Part shown: in pieces, positions 57,807-64,000 of the stretch | How the letters are laid out: every line of letters begins with the position of its first letter | Position numbering within the stretch: the first letter of the stretch is position 1 | Assembly: GCA_963702475.1 (NCBI GenBank) | Contig: CAVPCT010000002.1 | Span: 256,001-320,000, forward strand | Source: an uncultured Thermoleophilia bacterium | Lineage (GTDB): Bacteria > Actinomycetota > Thermoleophilia > UBA2241 | Direction of reading: 5' to 3' | DNA: 64,000 nucleotides | Position numbers and translations under genes: made by a program | The notes under the pieces: model-generated | What the model saw: only the letters and a program-made list of their open reading frames with translations | Told to the model about the DNA's origin: nothing | Databases searched by the model: none

Positions 57807-58451
57807 ATGGCAGACGAGAAGACGAAGACCGTCCCGGGGACCGAGTTCGGCCCGATGGGGGAGCGCGGGGTCATCATGGCCACGCTCCGCGACGCCTCGG
57901 CCAACCCCGGTCCCCTCGGGCTCATGGCATTCGGTATGACCACCGTCCTGCTCAACATCCACAACGCCGGCGCCTACGAGATGAACACCATGATCCTCGC
58001 CATGGGCATCTTCTACGGCGGCATCGCGCAGGTCATCGCCGGCATCATGGAGTGGAAGAAGAACAGCACCTTCGGCATGACAGCCTTCCTCAGCTACGGC
58101 CTCTTCTGGCTCACGCTGGTCGGCCTCATCGTGTTCCCCAAGTGGATGGGCGTCGACGGCCCCGACGACGTGGCCATGGGCTGGTACCTCATGGCGTGGG
58201 GCATCTTCACCGGTCTGATGTTCATCGGTACGCTGCGCATCAACCGTTCGCTGCAGGTGGTGTTCGCCAGCCTCACCATCCTGTTCGTCCTGCTCGCCAT
58301 CGGCGACTGGACGGGCAACGCCACCATCACCAAGATCGCCGGCTGGGAGGGTATCTTCGTCGGCCTGAGCGCGGTCTACGGTTCCATCGCCCAGATATGG
58401 AACGAGCTCTACGGCAGAGTCGTGCTCCCCATCGGGCCGTACAAGAAGTGA
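57807..58451 (+). CDS. satP: Acetate uptake/succinate-acetate channel (GPR1/FUN34/YaaH)
   Basis: [28 protein letters not shown]. Confidence 0.93.
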   Translation: MADEKTKTVPGTEFGPMGERGVIMATLRDASANPGPLGLMAFGMTTVLLNIHNAGAYEMNTMILAMGIFYGGIAQVIAGIMEWKKNSTFGMTAFLSYGLFWLTLVGLIVFPKWMGVDGPDDVAMGWYLMAWGIFTGLMFIGTLRINRSLQVVFASLTILFVLLAIGDWTGNATITKIAGWEGIFVGLSAVYGSIAQIWNELYGRVVLPIGPYKK

Positions 58452-58479
58452 CCAGCGCGTCTCGCGCATGAAGTCCTGA

Positions 58480-58522
58480 CGACAGGGGCGGGGCGGCCGG
58501 AAGGGCCGCCCCGCCCCTGTCG
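58480..58522. terminator. Hairpin between convergent genes
   Basis: CGACAGGGGCGGGGCGGCC...GGCCGCCCCGCCCCTGTCG. Confidence 0.8.
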
Positions 58523-58596
58523 CGTACGTGTGGGAGGTCTCGTGGTGTGCGCGTCGGTGAAGGCGCGGGCCGCCTGCGGCGCCGCGCCCGTCGCCG

Positions 58597-59760
58597 TCAC
58601 CACCGCACCGCGTCCACATCGCTCTTGACCCAGCGCACGTCTGCCAGGGTGACGATCATGGCCGGGTCGTAGAGAGGCGGCGGGTAGGTGGACACCTTCG
58701 GTCCGAAGTACTGGCGCCCGCCGCCCGTCGCCCACGGACCGAAGCCCGGCTCGTCTGTCATGTCGGCGCACAATCCCCCGACGAGCGCGGCCTTGCGCTT
58801 GACGAGGTGGAGGGTCACATTCGTCCCGGTGTTGTCGGCGGGGAGGGCATACACGCGTCGCGCCTCCTCGGGGTAGAGCGGGGGCGAGCCGCCCGGCGTG
58901 AACCAGCGCCCCACCGTGGACGTGTCGCACCAGTACCGATGCATGGTCGTCGGGCGGCCGAGGGTGAACACCTGCACCGGGGCGCCCGGGTCGAACGACC
59001 GCAGCGTGCTCACGGCCTGGTCCTGCGTCGATCCGCTGATGGCCACCGTCGCGGCGATGACCGCTGCATCCGAGGTCGTGCCTGAGGCGATCACGTGCGG
59101 GTCCGGCCAGACGTTCGGGTGTGCGATCACGGCATACTCGACCAGAGTCCCTCCGTCGACGTCCACCACCTGCCAGTCCGTGCTCAGCAGCAGGGCGTAG
59201 CGTCCCGGGCGGTTGACGGTCGCCGACGCCGTGGTGTTCACGGCGCCGACCACTGCCCGCTGCTGCAGCCGCATCCAGGCCGTGCCGTCGTGGCGGAAGA
59301 CCGGGAGGGTGGACTTCCTGAACAGTGCTTTGGGCAACGTGAACGTGAGCGTCACCGGCGAGCCGAAGCGCGAAGTCCTGCCGCCCCAGTCGCAGTCCGC
59401 CCCACGCAGGAACACGTTGCGGCGCGGCAACTCGCCCAGGGCTTCGGCCTGCGCCTCGGTCATGCTGTCCAGGTCAGGCGCCGAACGGCCTCGGAGGGCC
59501 CCCAGCTTGCCGGTGAGCAGCAAGCCGTGCTCCTGCGCGAGGACGACGGTCGGGAAGGCGCGCGGCGCGTCTGTGCTCAGTACCGGCGCTGCGGGAGCGG
59601 ACCCCGGGCCCTGCGGCGGCGCGGCGGCGAGGGCCGCCTGGGCTCCGCTGAGCATCGCCAGGGCGAGGAGCGCCCAGATGAGCAGGGCGAAGGCGAGCAG
59701 GGCCGTGCGCGGCGGTGCCTGCTCGCGGCCGTTTGCCCGGGCACTCACGACGCGGCGCAT
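58597..59760 (-). CDS. Secreted protein with C-terminal TNT/ADP-ribosyltransferase-like domain
   Basis: Signal peptide; HRY...GRWFTP...ALP..N...G...GGGRQY. Confidence 0.6.
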   Translation of the reverse strand: MRRVVSARANGREQAPPRTALLAFALLIWALLALAMLSGAQAALAAAPPQGPGSAPAAPVLSTDAPRAFPTVVLAQEHGLLLTGKLGALRGRSAPDLDSMTEAQAEALGELPRRNVFLRGADCDWGGRTSRFGSPVTLTFTLPKALFRKSTLPVFRHDGTAWMRLQQRAVVGAVNTTASATVNRPGRYALLLSTDWQVVDVDGGTLVEYAVIAHPNVWPDPHVIASGTTSDAAVIAATVAISGSTQDQAVSTLRSFDPGAPVQVFTLGRPTTMHRYWCDTSTVGRWFTPGGSPPLYPEEARRVYALPADNTGTNVTLHLVKRKAALVGGLCADMTDEPGFGPWATGGGRQYFGPKVSTYPPPLYDPAMIVTLADVRWVKSDVDAVRW

Positions 59761-60127
59761 CGTCCCTTCACCACCGTCCTCCTCACCTGACTTCTTCTGT
59801 CCCGTGCTGCCCGCACCGCGCGTTACGGTGGGTGTTCAGGGTGGCCTCACCAACTCCTATCGGCCCCACCGCGACTCGCCTTGACCGGCCGCCTGCGTGC
59901 GGCCGTGGCGGTCCGGCTCGCAGGCGTCCTCGGCGAGCCGGTGCTCTTCGCGTCCGGCCGAGGGGACGATGGCCGGACTGCGCGGCTTGGCGGTGAGGCA
60001 GGTGTATCCTGTGCGCCGCAGCGAATCGGTCCGGCGGCGTCGGCCGCCCGTCAGCGGAGGAGAGCATGGCGGCGAACCATCTGTACGAAGGCTGCGCCGG
60101 GGTGGCGCGGCGAGTGGCGGCGACGGC

Positions 60128-61375
60128 GTGAGCGCCGTGCTCGCCGACCTGGTGCTGCGCGGCGCCTCCGAGGTCGTCACGATGAGCGACTCTCCGGCCG
60201 CCGGCCTCGGGGCCATTGCCGGAGGCGCTCTTGCCGCGCACGATGGGATCATCGTATGGGTGGGGAGGGAGGCCGACCTCGCCGATGCCGTCGAGTTGGT
60301 CCCCGACGCCCTGGACATCGACGCCGAGGGCTGCTGCGTGCTCCCCGGCTTCGTGGACGCGCACACGCACGTGCCGTTCGCGGGGTCACGCGCTGCCGAA
60401 TACGGCGAGCGGCTGTCCGGGGTGACCTACGCCGAGATCCTCGCCCGCGGCGGTGGCATCAACGTGACCGTCGGGGCGACGCGCCGGACGTCGGAGGAGG
60501 ACCTGGCGTGTCTGTGCCGCGCGCGCTACGACAGCATGCTGAAGCACGGCACCACCACGGTCGAGGTCAAGAGCGGCTACGGCCTCACGACGGCGGACGA
60601 GGCCAAGCAACTCAGGGCCGCCGCCGTGGCGCACCCGCTACGGCGCGAGTACACCTTCCTGGGGGCCCACTTCGTGCCGCCTGAGTACGAGGGCCGCGCC
60701 GACGACTACGTGCACGTCGTCTGCGAGGAGATGCTCCCTGCGTGCGCGCCGCTCGTCCAGTGGTGCGACGTGTTCTGCGACGAGGGGGCGTTCACCGTTC
60801 CCCAGTCGAGACGCGTCCTGGAGGCGGCGCGGGGTGAGGGACTGAGCCTGCGCATCCACGCCGATGAGATGGCCCGTTCCGGCGGGTCGCTGCTCGCCGC
60901 CGAACTCGGATGTGCCTCTGCGGACCACCTCATCCACGCCACGTGGGAGGAGATCCAGGCGCTCAAGGGCGCGGGCGTCGTGGCTGTGATGCTCCCGGGC
61001 ACCAGCTACACGCTCGGCGTGCAGTTCGCGCCGGCGCGCGCGTTCCTCGAGGCCGGCGTCACCATCGCCCTCGCCACCGACTTCAACCCCGGCAGCTGCA
61101 ACTCCGAGAACCTGCAATCCATGATCTCCCTGGCTTGCCAGGGCATGAAGCTGACGCCCGACGAGGCTCTGTACGCGGCGACCCGCGGCGGCGCTGCTGC
61201 GCTACGACGCGACGATGTAGGCAGCTTGGAGGCCGGCAGGCGCTGCGACTTCGTCGTCCTCAGCGCCGCCAGTCGAAGCGAGCTGCCGTACCACTTCGGC
61301 GTGAACCTCGTAGGCGACGTGGTCGTAGGAGGGCGGGTGGTCGTGCACGGCGGCGCGCTGGTGCCGGGCACGTAG
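60128..61375 (+). CDS. hutI: Imidazolonepropionase
   Basis: PGFVDAHTH, GGGI, EVKSGYGL, DVFCD, IHADE, ADHL, ATDFNPGS. Confidence 0.95.
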   Translation: MSAVLADLVLRGASEVVTMSDSPAAGLGAIAGGALAAHDGIIVWVGREADLADAVELVPDALDIDAEGCCVLPGFVDAHTHVPFAGSRAAEYGERLSGVTYAEILARGGGINVTVGATRRTSEEDLACLCRARYDSMLKHGTTTVEVKSGYGLTTADEAKQLRAAAVAHPLRREYTFLGAHFVPPEYEGRADDYVHVVCEEMLPACAPLVQWCDVFCDEGAFTVPQSRRVLEAARGEGLSLRIHADEMARSGGSLLAAELGCASADHLIHATWEEIQALKGAGVVAVMLPGTSYTLGVQFAPARAFLEAGVTIALATDFNPGSCNSENLQSMISLACQGMKLTPDEALYAATRGGAAALRRDDVGSLEAGRRCDFVVLSAASRSELPYHFGVNLVGDVVVGGRVVVHGGALVPGT

Positions 61376-61441
61376 GGACCGGCGGCCGGTCCGCACAGCA
61401 GTTGCACGCTTTTCCGTCCGGCCTGAGCTCCATACTGCTCC

Positions 61442-61489
61442 TTGACACGAACACGGGTTCGCCCTAGGCTGTATACGAACACGTGTTCG
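61442..61489 (+). promoter_or_regulatory. lexA promoter with two SOS boxes
   Basis: TTGACA-17 nt-TAGGCT; CGAACACGGGTTCG (61448-61461) and CGAACACGTGTTCG (61476-61489). Confidence 0.9.
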
Positions 61490-61506
61490 CTATCGAGGAG
61501 GGAACG

Positions 61507-62109
61507 GTGGAAGGTCTCACGCGGCGGCAGGAGCAGGTGCTCGAGTTCATCCGCGAGAGCGTGCGCGTCAACGGGTACCCGCCCACGGTGCGGGAGATCT
61601 GTGTGGGGCTCGATCTCTCGTCGCCGTCCACGGTGCACGCGCACCTCGCCAACCTCGAGCGGCTCGGCTACCTCAAGCGCGACCCCAGCAAGCCGCGCGC
61701 CCTCGACCTCGTCCAGAGCCTGCGCCCGCCGCGCCCGCTGCCGCTCATCGGCCGAGTCGCCGCCGGCCAGCCCATCGTCGCCGAGGACAACATCGAGGAC
61801 TACGTCGACGTGCCGGCCTTCTTGCGGCGCGACGACGGCGACTTCGTCGTCCGGGTCCGCGGCGACTCCATGGTCGGCGCTGGCATCAACGACGGGGACT
61901 ATCTCGTCGTGCACCCGCAGCAGGAGGTCACCAGGGCCGAGATCGCCGTGGTCCGCATCGACGGGGAGGAGGCCACCGCCAAACACTTCACGCAGGACGG
62001 GCCGACGGTCCGCCTCGAGTCCGAGAACGAGAACTACGAGCCGATCGTCGTCGACGCCGGCCGGGTCGAGCTGGTCGGCAAGGTCGTGGGGGTGCTTCGC
62101 CAGCTATGA
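61507..62109 (+). CDS. lexA: LexA repressor
   Basis: GYPPTVREI, VAAG cleavage site, GDSM, ATAK. Confidence 0.97.
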   Translation: MEGLTRRQEQVLEFIRESVRVNGYPPTVREICVGLDLSSPSTVHAHLANLERLGYLKRDPSKPRALDLVQSLRPPRPLPLIGRVAAGQPIVAEDNIEDYVDVPAFLRRDDGDFVVRVRGDSMVGAGINDGDYLVVHPQQEVTRAEIAVVRIDGEEATAKHFTQDGPTVRLESENENYEPIVVDAGRVELVGKVVGVLRQL

Positions 62110-62339
62110 GTACCGTGCCGCTCGCTTCAGTCGTCCTGACCACGCTCGCCGACGCCGTGGACGAGTCTCTCGCCGCCGGGCTGGCGGGCCACGGCGAACC
62201 CTGCCTGTGGTGCGGAAGCCGGGCGGTGAGTGTCGTGAGTGCGGACTTCTGGAGCGGCCGGGTCGTCGTTCGCTGCCATGAGTGTGGCAGCGAGCTCAGC
62301 GGCTCCGTGCCGCGCCACTTGCGCGGAGTGCCCGCATGA
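62106..62339 (+). CDS. Small zinc-ribbon protein
   Basis: CLWC...CHECGSEL; ATGA-coupled on both sides. Confidence 0.7.
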   Translation: MSTVPLASVVLTTLADAVDESLAAGLAGHGEPCLWCGSRAVSVVSADFWSGRVVVRCHECGSELSGSVPRHLRGVPA

Positions 62340-62749
62340 CCGCGCGGCACAGCTCCCGCGGCGACTGGCGCGGCCTCACAGTCGTCGGGCCGGCCGGGCC
62401 GCGCGACGTCCCCTGCCGTCCCGGCATCGCACGGCGGAGCCGGTCCGGCCGGCGCCAGCTTCGTCGACGCCTCGCCGGCTTGCTGCGCTTCGCCGTCTTC
62501 CTCCTGCTCATCTTCATCGCGGTGTGGGCCGGCGTCCGAGTCGCGCACGCGGGCACGGACGCCAGCGTTTACACGGGCCACCAGTACGTCGTGCGCGGCG
62601 GCGACACGCTGTGGAACATCGCTGCGGGGGAGTACGGTGAGCGGGCCGACCTGCGCCGTGCCGTGTACGAGATCCGCGAGGTCAATCACCTCCAAGGGGC
62701 AGGCCTGCAGCCTGGGGTGCGGCTCACCCTTCCCTACCTGGGCGACTGA
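62336..62749 (+). CDS. Membrane-anchored LysM protein (YneA/ChiZ-like SOS division inhibitor)
   Basis: TM helix then YVVRGGDTLWNIA...IREVN...LQPG. Confidence 0.85.
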   Translation: MTARHSSRGDWRGLTVVGPAGPRDVPCRPGIARRSRSGRRQLRRRLAGLLRFAVFLLLIFIAVWAGVRVAHAGTDASVYTGHQYVVRGGDTLWNIAAGEYGERADLRRAVYEIREVNHLQGAGLQPGVRLTLPYLGD

Positions 62750-62910
62750 CTGCCGTACGCTCGTCAGCTGACGGTGCGCCGCAGGGGCACCGGCTACTGA
62801 ACGCCGGCGCCGGCACCAGGGTCCTTCCTGTCCGCGCGCCTCGCTGTGCCTCGCCTGCGTCCATCTGACTGACGGCACGTCAGCCGGTGTGCGGTATACT
62901 TGCCACGCGC

Positions 62911-62987
62911 CGGGACGTGGCGCAGCCTGGTAGCGCACCTGCTTTGGGAGCAGGGGGCCGGCGGTTCGAATCCGCCCGTCCCGACCA
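62911..62987 (+). tRNA. tRNA-Pro(TGG)
   Basis: Cloverleaf; CCTGC-TTTGGGA-GCAGG; CCA end; TATACT at 62895. Confidence 0.97.
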
Positions 62988-63000
62988 GACGCTCATGCGG

Positions 63001-63077
63001 GCGGGAGTAGCTCAGTTGGCTAGAGCATCAGCCTTCCAAGCTGAGGGTCGCGGGTTCGAAGCCCGTCTCCCGCTCCA
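63001..63077 (+). tRNA. tRNA-Gly(TCC)
   Basis: TCAGC-CTTCCAA-GCTGA; CCA end. Confidence 0.97.
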
Positions 63078-63158
63078 CTTTCCCTCACGCGTTGCTGCTC
63101 CCACCCGCGGCGGTGTGCGCTACCGCGTTGTGGCACACTGCGCCCCACGGTGCGGCGT

Positions 63159-63235
63159 GCGCCCGTAGCTCAGCTGGATAGAGCAGGAGACTTCTAATCT
63201 TCAGGTCGCAGGTTCGAATCCTGCCGGGCGCGCCA
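63159..63235 (+). tRNA. tRNA-Arg(TCT)
   Basis: GGAGA-CTTCTAA-TCTTC; CCA end. Confidence 0.97.
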
Positions 63236-63592
63236 CTTCCCTTTCTCACCGCCCATGTGCGGTACGTGCTTTCCACTATGGCTCCGGCACGTATGTTTTG
63301 GGTGACACCGGACGAACGGGAGTCACCTGGTGGTTGACGCGGCTTCGCCTGACGCCTGGCGGGCCCTCCGCAGGTGGCCGGCGATGGGTGCGCGGCCCGG
63401 GCACGGCCGCCGACGCCGGCTCATGACCAGAGGTGCCGTCCGGCGAGTCAACGGTCGGCCATGGACGTGCCGGACCCCCTCTGCGGTCTCGTCTTGTCTT
63501 CATGCTTCACAAGATGGCGTCAATCACGTAAGGTCACCTGAACGGTACGTGTCAATGCGTTCGACAGAAATCGTCCAGGAGGTCCAGGGCAC

Positions 63593-64000
63593 ATGAGAAG
63601 TCCCCACAGGAGTACGTTGCGCATCACGTTCGCCGTGCTGCTCGTGCTGGCCGCGCTCGCCATCGCCGCCCCGGCGGCGCTCGCGCACGGCAGCATCGCA
63701 GGCACGGTGACGTCCGTCGCAGACGGCACCCCGCTCGAGAACATCAACGTCTACGCGTTCGACCCGGCGCTCGTCACCGGGCTCAGCCCCGCCCTCGTGC
63801 CGGATCTGAGCAAAGCTGCGGGTATGGGGGTCACCGACGGCGCCGGTCAGTACGTCATCCTCGACCTGCCCGGCGGTCCCATCGCGAACCCGACCGAGTA
63901 CCTGGTCTGGTTCCAGGACATGATCCCCTTCAACCACTACGTGGCGCAGTGGTTCCTCGGCTGCTCGCCGTATGACCCGAACCGGCCCGCTCCGACGCTC
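63593..64000 (+). CDS. Second copy of the secreted S-layer-like protein (5' part; runs off the window; absent from the ORF track)
   Basis: RBS AGGAGG; MRSPHRSTLRITFAVLLVLAALAIAAPAALAHGSIAGTV... Confidence 0.88.
   Translation, partial: MRSPHRSTLRITFAVLLVLAALAIAAPAALAHGSIAGTVTSVADGTPLENINVYAFDPALVTGLSPALVPDLSKAAGMGVTDGAGQYVILDLPGGPIANPTEYLVWFQDMIPFNHYVAQWFLGCSPYDPNRPAPTL
63629..64000 (+). repeat. Direct repeat copy 2 (partner 44892-45263)
   Basis: 370/372 identical by eye. Confidence 0.95.

Noticed and set aside
63159-63592. Genomic island or prophage integrated at tRNA-Arg
   Set aside because: No integrase, and no duplicated tRNA 3' end seen in the window.
1-64000. CRISPR array, IS element, retron or DGR
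   Set aside because: No spaced repeats, transposase or reverse transcriptase found; the 372-bp repeat lacks adenine-specific variation.

Overview
GC-rich (visually ~70%) bacterial chromosome segment. It is most consistent with a deep-branching, probably anaerobic actinomycete (Thermoleophilia-like); this is inferred from UPF0182, type A RNase P, CGAAC-N4-GTTCG SOS boxes, the lhr-nei pairing, GT39 mannosyltransferases and leaderless genes. Contents in order: small accessory genes (methyltransferases, GNATs, DUF1801); an OFA-MFS operon; an oxidative pentose-phosphate operon (tal-like, pgi, gnd, zwf, pgl) whose transaldolase lacks the Schiff-base lysine; vapBC; rnpB; UPF0182; AddAB-like helicase-nuclease; a B12-dependent oxidative ornithine pathway (ord-ortAB-oraSE, glmL-like); lhr with a decayed nei; three secreted proteins sharing an unannotated C-terminal Ig-like domain; orr-arcE-like-argF; two tandem protein O-mannosyltransferases; satP; a secreted TNT/ART-like protein; hutI; lexA-Zn ribbon-LysM; three tRNAs; and a second, near-identical copy of the putative major surface-protein gene. 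Top leads: (1) a candidate new C-terminal protein-sorting/anchoring domain system, with a duplicated S-layer-like gene and paired PMTs; (2) an arginine-synthetase-fed arginine-to-ornithine-to-acetyl-CoA/alanine energy pathway with a shared palindromic operator; (3) a pseudo-transaldolase coupled to pgi. Several single-base frameshifts look like sequencing errors. All assignments come from motif recognition by eye; no searches were run.
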